The translations under genes and the position numbers were made by a program. DNA of 42,349 nt from Bacillota bacterium (lineage in GTDB: Bacteria; Bacillota; Clostridia; Peptostreptococcales; Anaerovoracaceae). Under the pieces are notes generated by a model, which saw only the letters and a list, made by a program, of their open reading frames with translations, ran no database searches and was not told the DNA's origin. This document shows, piece by piece, positions 19,245 to 27,880 of the stretch. Each line of letters opens with the position of its first letter. The first letter of the stretch is position 1. The stretch spans positions 1 to 42,349 of the forward strand of contig JAFWFI010000031.1 of assembly GCA_017515705.1 (NCBI GenBank), given 5' to 3'.

Positions 19245-19446
19245 CGTCTTCTTCCTCCCAGAATAAATCGTTCAATGTAACGTTCAGCGCCCGGCAGATC
19301 CGGATGCACAGGCCGATGGATGGGTTGAATTCCCCGCTTTCAATCAGGCCGATGGTCTGCCGCGTCACGTCTGCGGCCTTCGCCAGATCCGTCTGCGACA
19401 TCCCGGCTGCCTTCCGGCACTGTTTCATCTTTTCGTTCTTTGCCAT
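19237..19446 (-). CDS. small XRE-family helix-turn-helix transcriptional regulator
   Basis: [30 protein letters not shown] at 19446 has AAGGAG 8 nt upstream; the ORF-track start at 19512 is rejected. Confidence 0.85.
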   Translation of the reverse strand: MAKNEKMKQCRKAAGMSQTDLAKAADVTRQTIGLIESGEFNPSIGLCIRICRALNVTLNDLFWEEEDDE

Positions 19447-19462
19447 GGATCCATCTCCTTTA

Positions 19463-19499
19463 CAATGTAAAGTATACATTGCATTTTCGAGAATGTCAA
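19463..19499 (-). promoter_or_regulatory. candidate sigma-A promoter plus inverted-repeat operator of the XRE operon
   Basis: Minus strand TTGACA (19494-19499), 17 nt spacer, TATACT (19471-19476). The inverted repeat CAATGTA-N5-TACATTG (19463-19481) overlaps the -10. Confidence 0.55.
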
Positions 19500-19520
19500 C
19501 TATATTTTGCATTTTTCCAC

Positions 19521-19554
19521 AAAAAAAGACCGTATCTTTTTTCGATACGGTCTT
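19521..19554 (-). terminator. intrinsic terminator after lon
   Basis: Minus strand AAGACCGTATC-gaaaaaa-GATACGGTCTT followed by T7. Confidence 0.8.
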
Positions 19555-19563
19555 CCATTTCGT

Positions 19564-21894
19564 TTACTTCACCAGTGCCGTCTCCAGTACCGGTCCCACG
19601 GTATCCACCAGTTTGAATTCCAGGTGTTTCCGGACGTTTTCGGGGATGTCTTCGATGTCCCGTTCGTTTTCCTTCGGGAGGATAACGGTCCGGATGCCGG
19701 CCCGGTGGGCTGCCAGGACTTTCTCCTTGACGCCGCCGATGGGCAGCACCTTGCCCCTCAGGGTGATTTCCCCGGTCATGGCCAGGTCGTTCCTCACCGG
19801 GATCTTCGTCAGAGCGGAAACCACCGCCGTGCACATGGAAATCCCAGCCGATGGGCCGTCCTTTGGAATGGCGCCTTCCGGGATGTGGATGTGGACATCC
19901 TTTTCCTTATAGAAGTTGGGGTCGATCCCCAGCTCCACCGCATGGGTCCGGATGTAGCTCAGCCCCGCCTTGGCGGATTCCTGCATCACGTCGCCCAGCT
20001 GTCCCGTCAGGGAGATTTTGCCGGTTCCGTCCATGACGGAAACTTCGATGGTGAGGGTCTCCCCTCCTACCGTCGTCCAGGCCATGCCGGTCACCATGCC
20101 CACTTCCGGTTCCTTTTCGATCTTGTCGTACAGGAAGCGGTGCTTGCCCAGGAAATCCGTCAGGTTCCGCTGGGTCACGGAAACCGCAGTCTGCTCGTCC
20201 TGAACGATCTTCCGGGCGGCCTTGCGGCAGACGGAAGTGATCTCCCGTTCCATGTTACGCACGCCGGACTCCCGGGTGTAGTAGTTAATGATGTCCCTGA
20301 GCGCGCCTTCCGAGAACTTCAGCTGTTTCCGGTTCATCCCGTGTTCCTTCAGCTTCTTCGGAATGATGTATTTTTTGGCGATCTGCAGTTTTTCCTCTTC
20401 CGTGTATCCGGACACTTCGATGACTTCCATCCGGTCCAGCAACGGCCGCGGAATGGTCTCGGTAGTGTTGGCCGTGGTGATAAACATCACCCGGGACAGG
20501 TCGAAGGGCACCTCCAGGAAATGGTCGGTGAACTCCTTGTTCTGCTCCGGATCCAGCACTTCCAGCAATGCGGAAGCCGGGTCTCCCCGGTAATCCGCGC
20601 CAATCTTGTCCACCTCATCGAAGAGAAAGACCGGGTTGGCGGATTTTGCATCCCGGATGGCGGAGATGATCCGCCCCGGCATGGAACCGATGTAGGTCTT
20701 GCGGTGGCCGCGGATCTCCGCTTCGTCCCGCACGCCGCCCAGGCTCATCCGGACAAAATTCCGGTCCATGGCCCGCGCGACGGATCTGGCGATGGATGTC
20801 TTGCCCACGCCCGGCGGGCCCACCAGGCAGAGGATCGGCCCCTTGAGACCTTCCGCCAGCTGTTTGACCGCCAGGTATTCCAGGATCCGTTCCTTGACCT
20901 TTTCCAGGCCGTAATGGTCCTCTTCGAGGATCTTCTCCGCCCGGGTCAGGTCCATGTTGTCCTCGGTCACGGTATTCCACGGAAGAGCCAGCACCCAATC
21001 CGCATAGGTCCGGATCACGCCGCCTTCCGCAGAAGAAAGCTGTACTTTGTACAACCGGTTGATTTCGTTTTCGATTTTTTCGTGGATCGCTTCCGGCAGG
21101 TTCAGCTCCTTCAGCTGTTTCAGGTATTTCTCCACCTCTGCGTCCACGTTCTCTTCCTGTCCCAGTTCTTCCTGGATGACCCTGAGCTGTTCCCGCAGGT
21201 AGTATTCCTTCTGGCTCTTGTTCAGCTGGCCCCGGACCTTCTGGCTGATGTCGTTCTCGATCTTGGCGATCTCGATCTCCTCGTTCAGGAAGCCCAGCAG
21301 GGTCTCCACCCGCTGACAGACGTCCACGGTTTCCAGCAGTTCCTGCTTCTGTTCCTGGCGGAAGCCCACGTTGTCGGCGATGAAGTCTGCCATGGACGAC
21401 AGGTCCGTCATGGAATCCAGGGTATTCAGGATTTCCTGCCCGAAGGCGCCTTCCATGGTGATGTATTCCGCAAAAGCATCCAGCAGGCTGCGGCTCAGGG
21501 CCTCCAGCTCCGCCATGTCTTCCGTGGCATACTCGTCCGTGCAGTATTCCACCTCACAGTTCAGGTAAGGGCTTTCCTGCAGGATCTCCAGGATCTTCGC
21601 CCGGCTGCGTCCCTCCACCAGGACACGCATGATTTCCCCGGGCATCCGCAGCATCTGCTTCACTTCCGCTACGGTTCCGATGTTATAGTAATCATCCGGG
21701 CCGGGCTGGTCCACGTCCGGGTCCTTCTGGGTCGTCAGGAAAATCGTCTGCTCGCTGACCATGGCGATTTCCAGGGCCTTGATGGATTTTTCCCGGCCGA
21801 CGTCAAAATGAGTGACGCTGCCCGGAAACACCGACACGCCCCGAAGGGGAATGGTCGGCAGTTCCCGAATGTTCTGATTGTTAAGGTTTGTCAT
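19564..21894 (-). CDS. lon: ATP-dependent endopeptidase La (LonA)
   Basis: Lon N-terminal domain, Walker [10 protein letters not shown], catalytic PKDGPSAG, 776 aa. Confidence 0.96.
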   Translation of the reverse strand: MTNLNNQNIRELPTIPLRGVSVFPGSVTHFDVGREKSIKALEIAMVSEQTIFLTTQKDPDVDQPGPDDYYNIGTVAEVKQMLRMPGEIMRVLVEGRSRAKILEILQESPYLNCEVEYCTDEYATEDMAELEALSRSLLDAFAEYITMEGAFGQEILNTLDSMTDLSSMADFIADNVGFRQEQKQELLETVDVCQRVETLLGFLNEEIEIAKIENDISQKVRGQLNKSQKEYYLREQLRVIQEELGQEENVDAEVEKYLKQLKELNLPEAIHEKIENEINRLYKVQLSSAEGGVIRTYADWVLALPWNTVTEDNMDLTRAEKILEEDHYGLEKVKERILEYLAVKQLAEGLKGPILCLVGPPGVGKTSIARSVARAMDRNFVRMSLGGVRDEAEIRGHRKTYIGSMPGRIISAIRDAKSANPVFLFDEVDKIGADYRGDPASALLEVLDPEQNKEFTDHFLEVPFDLSRVMFITTANTTETIPRPLLDRMEVIEVSGYTEEEKLQIAKKYIIPKKLKEHGMNRKQLKFSEGALRDIINYYTRESGVRNMEREITSVCRKAARKIVQDEQTAVSVTQRNLTDFLGKHRFLYDKIEKEPEVGMVTGMAWTTVGGETLTIEVSVMDGTGKISLTGQLGDVMQESAKAGLSYIRTHAVELGIDPNFYKEKDVHIHIPEGAIPKDGPSAGISMCTAVVSALTKIPVRNDLAMTGEITLRGKVLPIGGVKEKVLAAHRAGIRTVILPKENERDIEDIPENVRKHLEFKLVDTVGPVLETALVK

Positions 21895-21900
21895 TTCTGA

Positions 21901-23175
21901 TCACTCCTCTTTCATCACAAAAGTGGGTTTCACGGTCTTGTCATCCACCATTTCCTTTGTGATGATGCATTTCTCTACACCCTTCAGGGTCGGAAGCTCA
22001 TACATCACGTCCAGCATCATGCCTTCCATGATTCCGCGGAGCCCCCGGGCACCGGACTTTCTCTCCAGCGCCTTTTCCGCGATCCGGTCGATGGCGGCCT
22101 CTTCGAATTCCAGTTCGATGTTATCGAATTTGAAGAGTTTGCGGTACTGCTTGACCAGGGCGTTTTTCGGCTCCGTCAGGATGCTCTTGAGCGCTTCCTT
22201 GTCCAGTTCGTCCAGCACCACCAGCACCGGCAGCCGCCCGGCAAATTCCGGAATCAGGCCGTACTTGAGCAGGTCCTGGGATTCCACCTGCCGCAGCAGT
22301 TCCCTCTCATCGATTTTGTTCGCCTTGATGTCGGAGTTGAATCCGATGGTCTTCTCACCCACCCGGCGTTTGATGACCTTGTCCAGTCCGGCGAACGCGC
22401 CGCCGCAGATGAACAGGATCTCGCTGGTATCCACCTGGATGAATTCCTGGTGGGGGTGTTTCCGTCCGCCCTGGGGCGGCACGTTTGCCACAGTTCCTTC
22501 CAGGATCTTCAGCAGCGCCTGCTGGACGCCTTCGCCGCTGACATCCCGGGTAATGGAGGGGTTCTCGGATTTCCGGCTGATCTTGTCGATCTCGTCCACG
22601 TAGATGATGCCCTTCTGGGCCCGTTCCACGTCGAAATCCGCTGCCTGCAGCAGCTTCAGCAGAATATTCTCCACGTCTTCCCCTACGTAGCCGGCCTCCG
22701 TCAGCGCCGTGGCATCGGCGATGGCGAAGGGAACATTGAGCACCTTGGCCAGGGTCTGGGCCAGAAGGGTCTTGCCGGAGCCGGTAGGCCCAATCAGCAG
22801 CACATTGCTCTTCTGGATCTCCACATCGTCCTCGCCGTCGATGGATTCCACCCGTTTATAGTGATTGTAGACCGCCACGGCCAGCGCCTTCTTGGCAGCC
22901 TCCTGGCCGATGACGTACTGGTCCAGGACCGCCTTCATTTCCTTCGGCGCAGGCACCCGGAATTCCCCGGAAGCCGGGGACGGACCGCCCGTCACTTCCA
23001 TGTCCAGGTCGTCATCGTAAAAGTCGTCTTCATCACGCAGGATTTCCCGACACAGGTCCACGCAGTCGCTGCAGATGGAGACCCCGGGCCCGGTAATCAG
23101 CTTGCGCAGGGGCCCCGCCGGCTGTCCGCAGAAGGAACAGACCATTCTGTTATCCTCTTTCTTTCCTCTTGCCAT
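21901..23175 (-). CDS. clpX: ATP-dependent Clp protease ATP-binding subunit ClpX
   Basis: Zinc-binding CSFCG...CSDC N-terminus, Walker A GPTGSGKT. Confidence 0.96.
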   Translation of the reverse strand: MARGKKEDNRMVCSFCGQPAGPLRKLITGPGVSICSDCVDLCREILRDEDDFYDDDLDMEVTGGPSPASGEFRVPAPKEMKAVLDQYVIGQEAAKKALAVAVYNHYKRVESIDGEDDVEIQKSNVLLIGPTGSGKTLLAQTLAKVLNVPFAIADATALTEAGYVGEDVENILLKLLQAADFDVERAQKGIIYVDEIDKISRKSENPSITRDVSGEGVQQALLKILEGTVANVPPQGGRKHPHQEFIQVDTSEILFICGGAFAGLDKVIKRRVGEKTIGFNSDIKANKIDERELLRQVESQDLLKYGLIPEFAGRLPVLVVLDELDKEALKSILTEPKNALVKQYRKLFKFDNIELEFEEAAIDRIAEKALERKSGARGLRGIMEGMMLDVMYELPTLKGVEKCIITKEMVDDKTVKPTFVMKEE

Positions 23176-23192
23176 ACAACTCTCCCTGGGTT

Positions 23193-23774
23193 TTATTTCC
23201 TGGACTTCACCACTTTGTCGATCAGCCCGTATTCCAGCGCTTCTTCCGCTGTCATGTAATTGTCCCTGTCGGTGTCGATTTCAACCTGGGCAATGTCTTT
23301 TCCGGTGTTTTCCGCCAGGATCCGGTTCAGCTTTTCCCGGGTCTTCAGGATCAGCTCCGCATGGATCTTGATGTCCGATGCCTGGCCCCGGGCGCCGCCC
23401 ATGGGCTGGTGGATCATGACTTCCGCATTGGGCAGCGCATACCGCTTGCCCTTGGTGCCCGAAGACAGCAGGAAGGCTCCCATGCTGGCTGCCATGCCGA
23501 TGCAAATGGTCGCCACATCGCATTTGATGTACTGCATGGTATCATAAATCGCCATGCCGGCAGTCACAGAGCCGCCGGGGCTGTTGATGTACAGGCTGAT
23601 ATCCTTGTCCGGATCTTCCGATTCCAGGAAGAGCATCTGGGCCACGATCAGGCTGGCCGTGTGGTCATTGACCTCGTCCCCCAGGAAAATGATCCGGTCT
23701 TTCAACAGTCTGGAGTAAATGTCAAAGGCTCTTTCGCCTGCTCCGGTCTGTTCGATTACGGTTGGGATCAACAT
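23193..23774 (-). CDS. clpP: ATP-dependent Clp protease proteolytic subunit
   Basis: Catalytic GMAASMGA Ser and IHQP His. ATG at 23774 has AGGAGG 7 nt upstream; the longer TTG-initiated ORF is rejected. Confidence 0.95.
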   Translation of the reverse strand: MLIPTVIEQTGAGERAFDIYSRLLKDRIIFLGDEVNDHTASLIVAQMLFLESEDPDKDISLYINSPGGSVTAGMAIYDTMQYIKCDVATICIGMAASMGAFLLSSGTKGKRYALPNAEVMIHQPMGGARGQASDIKIHAELILKTREKLNRILAENTGKDIAQVEIDTDRDNYMTAEEALEYGLIDKVVKSRK

Positions 23775-23821
23775 TGTTGTACCTCCTTTTGTTCGGTTTT
23801 GCAACCTTCCGATAATACGTC

Positions 23822-23872
23822 AAAAAGAAAGCCGTCCGGGGGAGGCGCACTCCCCCGTGCTCAGCTTTCTTT
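23822..23872 (-). terminator. intrinsic terminator after tig
   Basis: Nested hairpin on the minus strand, AAAGAAAGC..GGGGGAG-tgcgc-CTCCCCC..GGCTTTCTTTTT. Confidence 0.65.
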
Positions 23873-23901
23873 GATGAATCCGATGAATTGAAAACAACGT
23901 A

Positions 23902-25185
23902 TTATTTGAATACGGCCTCGTCAAACATCAGCTGGATCGCTTTCCGGTTACGGATGTCCTGGCTGATGATTTCAATATTTTCCCCGGTGAACTGGTTTCT
24001 CAGTTCTTCGTATTCCATATTGTAGTGTTCGGCCATTCCCCGTACTTCGTCATCGATCTCGCCCGGCGTTGCATCCAGGTTTTCCAGTTTTGCGATCTCG
24101 TCGATGATCAGACGAGTCTTCATCTTCTTATAAGCATCCGGCTTCAGCTCTTTCCGATATTCTTCCATGGTCTTGCCCATGTACTTGAGGTAATCCTCCA
24201 GGGAGAGGCCCTGGTATTTCATCTGCATGTCGATTTCTTCGACCATTTCGGAAATCTGGGCGTCTACCATGTCTTCCGGCACGTCCAATTCGGTCCGGTC
24301 GTAAACGATATCGATGATGGCGGTCTTCATGTCGTATTCCGCCTTGTTTTCCGCATCGGTCATGAGCTTTTTCCGGAAATCTTCCTTTAATTCATCCAGT
24401 GTGTCGAATTCGCTGACATCCTTGACAAATTCATCATCCAGTTCCGGTTTTTCTTCTTCAGTGATCTTGTGGACCTTGACTTTGAACACGGCTTCCTTGC
24501 CTGCCAGGTCTTCCGCATGGTAATCTTCCGGGAAGGTGACCTTGACTTCCGCATCGTCGCCGGCGTTCACGCCTACCAGCTGTTCTTCAAAGCCCGGGAT
24601 AAAGGTATCGGATCCCAGTTCCAGCTTCTGGTCGGTGGCTGTGCCGCCGTCAAACTGGTCTTCACCCACGAAACCCATGTAGTCAATGGTCAGGGTATCG
24701 CCCATCTGCGCTGGACGTTCCACGTCGATGATCCGGGAGTTTCTCTTCTGCAGTTTTTCGATTTCCGCATCCACCTGCGCATCGGTTACTTCCGGTACGA
24801 TCTTTTCGATTTCTACGCCCTTGTATTCACCCGGTGTGAATTCCGGACGAACGGTGACCTTGATGTTAACGAGCATGTTTTCGCCCTCGTTGTATTCCTT
24901 GATCTCGATCTTGGGTGTTGCCACGGGACGGATCACCAGCTGCGCCACTGCATCCGGATAAGCGTCCGCCACCATTTCATTTACTGCATCTTCTAAAAAT
25001 ACGCCCTTGCCGTATCTGGCTTCGATCACTTTTCTGGGGGCCTTGCCCTTACGGAATCCGTCGATGGCGAATTTACCTCTTTCGGCCAGGTAAACCTTGT
25101 TGATCTGTTTTTCGATTTCTTCGTTTTCAAACAGCATTTCAAATTCCACAACGCTGTTTTCTTTTCCGATAAATGTTGCCTTCAT
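23902..25185 (-). CDS. tig: trigger factor
   Basis: 427 aa with N-terminal ribosome-binding GFRKGKAP motif and a central FKBP-type PPIase. Located upstream of clpP-clpX. Confidence 0.95.
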   Translation of the reverse strand: MKATFIGKENSVVEFEMLFENEEIEKQINKVYLAERGKFAIDGFRKGKAPRKVIEARYGKGVFLEDAVNEMVADAYPDAVAQLVIRPVATPKIEIKEYNEGENMLVNIKVTVRPEFTPGEYKGVEIEKIVPEVTDAQVDAEIEKLQKRNSRIIDVERPAQMGDTLTIDYMGFVGEDQFDGGTATDQKLELGSDTFIPGFEEQLVGVNAGDDAEVKVTFPEDYHAEDLAGKEAVFKVKVHKITEEEKPELDDEFVKDVSEFDTLDELKEDFRKKLMTDAENKAEYDMKTAIIDIVYDRTELDVPEDMVDAQISEMVEEIDMQMKYQGLSLEDYLKYMGKTMEEYRKELKPDAYKKMKTRLIIDEIAKLENLDATPGEIDDEVRGMAEHYNMEYEELRNQFTGENIEIISQDIRNRKAIQLMFDEAVFK

Positions 25186-25227
25186 TGATCTATTTTCCTC
25201 CTGATATTAGAAATCCGCATGTCGTAT

Positions 25228-25256
25228 TATTATATACTCTTTTACGGTAGTTTTCA
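25228..25256 (-). promoter_or_regulatory. candidate sigma-A promoter of tig
   Basis: Minus strand TTGAAA (25251-25256), 17 nt spacer, TATAAT (25228-25233). Confidence 0.55.
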
Positions 25257-25265
25257 AGGGTTTTT

Positions 25266-25365
25266 TGGAGATGAGAGAAGGAAGATGGAAGATGGAAAAA
25301 TTCTGTCCCGACAGCTGGTTTTTTATCTGTATCACCAATCTCTGATCTCCAATCTTCAATCTTTT
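25266..25365. repeat. heptad-repeat element, locus C: inverted arms around a 33-nt core
   Basis: Left arm 25266-25299 (GGAGATG AGAGAAG GAAGATG GAAGATG GAAAAA). Right arm 25333-25365 (reverse complement AAAAGATTGAAGATTGGAGATCAGAGATTGGTG). Confidence 0.85.
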
Positions 25366-25379
25366 CCTTAAAAAGTTCG

Positions 25380-25417
25380 GAACATTTGTTTACTTTTTGT
25401 TCGGCCTATGGTACAAT
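25380..25417 (+). promoter_or_regulatory. candidate lexA promoter with overlapping SOS (Cheo-type) box
   Basis: GAACATTTGTTT (25380-25391) matches GAAC-N4-GTTC at 7 of 8 positions. The promoter is TTTACT, 17 nt spacer, TG-g-TACAAT (25412-25417). Confidence 0.5.
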
Positions 25418-25456
25418 AAGGAAAATATACTGCGAAAGAACTGTGAGGTAGGAATC

Positions 25457-26098
25457 ATGGAAGACAAAAAACTCACCGAAAGAGAACAGAAAGTTCTCGA
25501 TTACATAAAGGCCCAGATCAAGGCCAAGGGCTACCCGCCCACGATCCGGGAACTCTGCCAGTCCCTGGACATCAAATCCACCTCCACCGCCCACAAGGAC
25601 CTGGACAGCCTGATGCGGAAAGGCTACATCCGCAAGGACCCGGTAAAACGGCGGGCGCTGGAAGTACTGAACAAAGAGGAAGCGGCCATCCCTTCTGCCC
25701 CGGAACGGCAGGACATCGTCGACATCCCCATCGTGGGAAAGGTCGCCGCCGGCATGCCGATTCTGGCAGAACAGAACATTGAGGAATACTTCCCGATGCC
25801 GGCCCAGTTCGTCACCGGAGGCGAACACTTCATGCTGAACGTCAAGGGCGACAGCATGATCGAAGCCGGGATCTACGACGGGGACTACATTCTCATCCGC
25901 CGCCAGAACACCGCCAACAACGGCGAGATCGTGGTTGCCATGGTGGACGGCTTCGAAAGCGAGGCCACGGTCAAGACCTTCTACCGGGAATCGGGACACA
26001 TCCGGCTGCAGCCGGAGAACGCATCCATGAGCCCCATCATCGTCGATGACGTGAAGATCCTGGGCCTGGTCAAAGGCGTCTTCCGCTATTTCTCCTAA
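25457..26098 (+). CDS. lexA: LexA repressor
   Basis: Winged-helix N-terminus (GYPPTIRELC), an Ala-Gly cleavage site (VAAGMPI), and the catalytic GDSM Ser plus a later Lys. ATG at 25457 is preferred. Confidence 0.95.
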   Translation: MEDKKLTEREQKVLDYIKAQIKAKGYPPTIRELCQSLDIKSTSTAHKDLDSLMRKGYIRKDPVKRRALEVLNKEEAAIPSAPERQDIVDIPIVGKVAAGMPILAEQNIEEYFPMPAQFVTGGEHFMLNVKGDSMIEAGIYDGDYILIRRQNTANNGEIVVAMVDGFESEATVKTFYRESGHIRLQPENASMSPIIVDDVKILGLVKGVFRYFS

Positions 26099-26116
26099 AG
26101 ACTTTCTGTCAAACAC

Positions 26117-26181
26117 AAGATCCTTCGCCGTACCCGGGAAGACAGTCTTTGTCATCCTGAGCACAGCGAAGGATCTTTTTT
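26117..26181 (+). terminator. putative lexA terminator: 12-bp stem with large loop, then T-run
   Basis: AAGATCCTTCGC (26117-26128) pairs with GCGAAGGATCTT (26166-26177) and is followed by TTTT. The 37-nt loop is atypical. Confidence 0.4.
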
Positions 26182-26203
26182 CTTCAGTCTTAAGTTTCCG
26201 GAC

Positions 26204-26404
26204 TCAATCCATAAAAAACGTAAACATGGTCTGAATGTCGTCCTCATCCTCCAATTCGAACGTTTCATATTCCGACACATCCACCAAGTCCTCATTCACG
26301 TAAATGAGGAAGCCTCCCTTCAGCATCAGGTCGTTCTCCCGAAAAGCCTGGGCCAGGGTCAGTCCCTTCCGCCAGGGCTTGGGCATATCATTGATCTTGA
26401 TCAT
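26204..26404 (-). CDS. small hypothetical protein (66 aa), possibly beta-grasp/ThiS-like fold without C-terminal GG
   Basis: GGAGG lies 9 nt upstream of ATG at 26404. The start overlaps the 3' end of the AI-2E transporter gene by 17 nt. The sequence pattern MIKIN..GLTLAQAF..VNEDLV....ELEDEDDI resembles ThiS/MoaD layout. Confidence 0.5.
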   Translation of the reverse strand: MIKINDMPKPWRKGLTLAQAFRENDLMLKGGFLIYVNEDLVDVSEYETFELEDEDDIQTMFTFFMD

Positions 26405-27863
26405 CTGCATTCTCCTCCAATTCCTTGACAAGTCCTTCTATCTGGTTTTCCACCAGTTCGATTTCATCTTCATCCAGCCCTTTCTCCCGAAGGATCTCCT
26501 CCAGAGGTTTTCCCTGATGGAAGAGGGATGCCTTCATGGGAATGCTCGCCTGTTCCTTTTTCAGGGCCTGACGGATTTTCTTTTCTTCCTTGTTGCGCCG
26601 CTTCCGTTCTTTCATGAAGTCTTCCGACAGGTATTCCGCTTCGCCGGTCCTGGCATTGATCCGGTCCAGCCGGAAATAGTCCGTCGTATCCTCCGAAAGG
26701 GACTTTTTCACCAGACGGCGGTCGATGAGCCAGGAAACAAAGGTATAGATCACGGTGAAGACCGGCACGCCCAGCAGCAGCCCGGGGATCCCGAAGAGGG
26801 AACCGCCCACCAGGATGGCGAACAGCGTCCAGAAACTGGGCAGGTCCACTGCCTGACCGTAGATTTTCGGCTTGAGCACGTTGCCGTCAAACTGCTGCAG
26901 CACCACGATAAAAATCAGGAAATACAGCGCCTGCAGCGGATTCTCGGAGAAAATCAGCACCACCGACGGGATCGCACCGATGAACGGGCCGAAGAAGGGA
27001 ATCAGGTTCGTGACGCCCACCAGAGCTGCGATCAGCAGCGGATAAGGCCAGTGGAAGATGCTCATCACGACGAAGGTAATCAGCCCCACGACCGCCGAAT
27101 CGATGACATTGCCCGATACGAAGCCGCTGAAGACCCGGTCCACGAACCGGAAGCCGTCCAGCACCGTATTTGCATTTTCTGTGGAAAAGATTGAATACAG
27201 CAGTTTTTTGGACTGAGCGGTGAACGTCGACTTGCTGAGCAGGATATAGACGCAGACGATCAGGCCGATGAAGAGGTTGAAGACCGTATGGGCCATATCC
27301 ACCAGGCCCGCCGAAATCTTCACCAGCAGTTCCTGCAGGTACGGCATCAGGGTGGCGTCTCTCCATACGTAGACCCGTTTCATGATGGTGTCCCAGTTCT
27401 CTGCGATCAGCCGCCGCCACTCCGGCTTGATAAATTCCATATTGTTGACCGTTTCCATGAAATGGTCGGAATAGGCCGGTACCTTGGTCACCAGCTCGTA
27501 GGTGCTTTCGACCAGCTGCGGAATGACCGCCATAAACAGGCCCACCACCACTGTCAGCAACAGCGCCAGGGCGATCAGCACGCTGATGATCCGGGATAAC
27601 AGAACCGCACGGCTCTGCTTCTTGACCCCTATCTGAATCAGTTTTTTCTCAAAAAAGCTCCGGCAGGCATTGTAGATCGGCCGCAGGATATAGGCAATGA
27701 TGCCGCCGTAGATAAAGGGTGCCATGGCGCCCCAGAGCGCGCCCAGGCCGGAAACAAAGAAGCCCATGCGCAGCAGGAAAATCACCAGCAGCGCCACCAT
27801 GGCCAGCGGTGTGAACAGCACCATGCCCCATTTGAAATACTTCGATTTGAAAAACTCTCTCAT
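26388..27863 (-). CDS. AI-2E family (PerM/UPF0118) transporter with about 130 aa charged C-terminal tail
   Basis: About 8 TM segments and the conserved ...IPFFGPFIGAIP... region typical of the AI-2E family. The tail is rich in K/E/R. Confidence 0.8.
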   Translation of the reverse strand: MREFFKSKYFKWGMVLFTPLAMVALLVIFLLRMGFFVSGLGALWGAMAPFIYGGIIAYILRPIYNACRSFFEKKLIQIGVKKQSRAVLLSRIISVLIALALLLTVVVGLFMAVIPQLVESTYELVTKVPAYSDHFMETVNNMEFIKPEWRRLIAENWDTIMKRVYVWRDATLMPYLQELLVKISAGLVDMAHTVFNLFIGLIVCVYILLSKSTFTAQSKKLLYSIFSTENANTVLDGFRFVDRVFSGFVSGNVIDSAVVGLITFVVMSIFHWPYPLLIAALVGVTNLIPFFGPFIGAIPSVVLIFSENPLQALYFLIFIVVLQQFDGNVLKPKIYGQAVDLPSFWTLFAILVGGSLFGIPGLLLGVPVFTVIYTFVSWLIDRRLVKKSLSEDTTDYFRLDRINARTGEAEYLSEDFMKERKRRNKEEKKIRQALKKEQASIPMKASLFHQGKPLEEILREKGLDEDEIELVENQIEGLVKELEENADDQDQ

Positions 27864-27880
27864 GATCTACACCTGTCTCG

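Noticed and set aside
17828-19554. The XRE/membrane/TMEM175 insert considered as a prophage remnant or a toxin-antitoxin or defence module.
   Set aside because: There are no integrase, phage, nuclease or ATPase genes and no flanking direct repeats. Small XRE plus membrane-protein pairs are common chromosomal modules. Evidence supports only a small accessory islet.
19507-21900. 797-aa ORF on the plus strand spanning the whole lon gene antisense. Similar gene-length antisense ORFs are at 3631-5487, 7075-8946, 10640-12193, 15059-16048, 17862-19280, 32734-34692 and elsewhere.
   Set aside because: Each lies exactly opposite a confidently identified conserved gene. Their translations are R/G/P/H/V-rich with no recognisable motifs. 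Long stop-free antisense frames are an expected by-product of GC-rich third-codon positions. They are shadow ORFs.
23775-23804. Longer ORF-track starts for clpP (23804), lexA (25397), dprA (36585), comM (38098), trkA (38218), the XRE gene (19512), the PBP (14317) and infC (30190).
   Set aside because: In each case an internal ATG (ATT for infC) is preceded by a good Shine-Dalgarno sequence at proper spacing and gives the family-typical N-terminus. The extensions use TTG or GTG and translate the RBS or leader.
23775-23901. Searched for a CtsR operator (GGTCAAA direct repeat) or CIRCE element upstream of clpP.
   Set aside because: No match found. Only a TTGACG -35-like hexamer without a convincing -10 is present. 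Absence by eye is weak evidence, so it is not reported as a finding.
25266-25365. Heptad-repeat tracts (all six loci) considered as CRISPR arrays or minisatellite coding repeats.
   Set aside because: The repeat unit is 7 nt with no spacers, no cas genes are present in the window, and no reading frame is maintained through the tracts.
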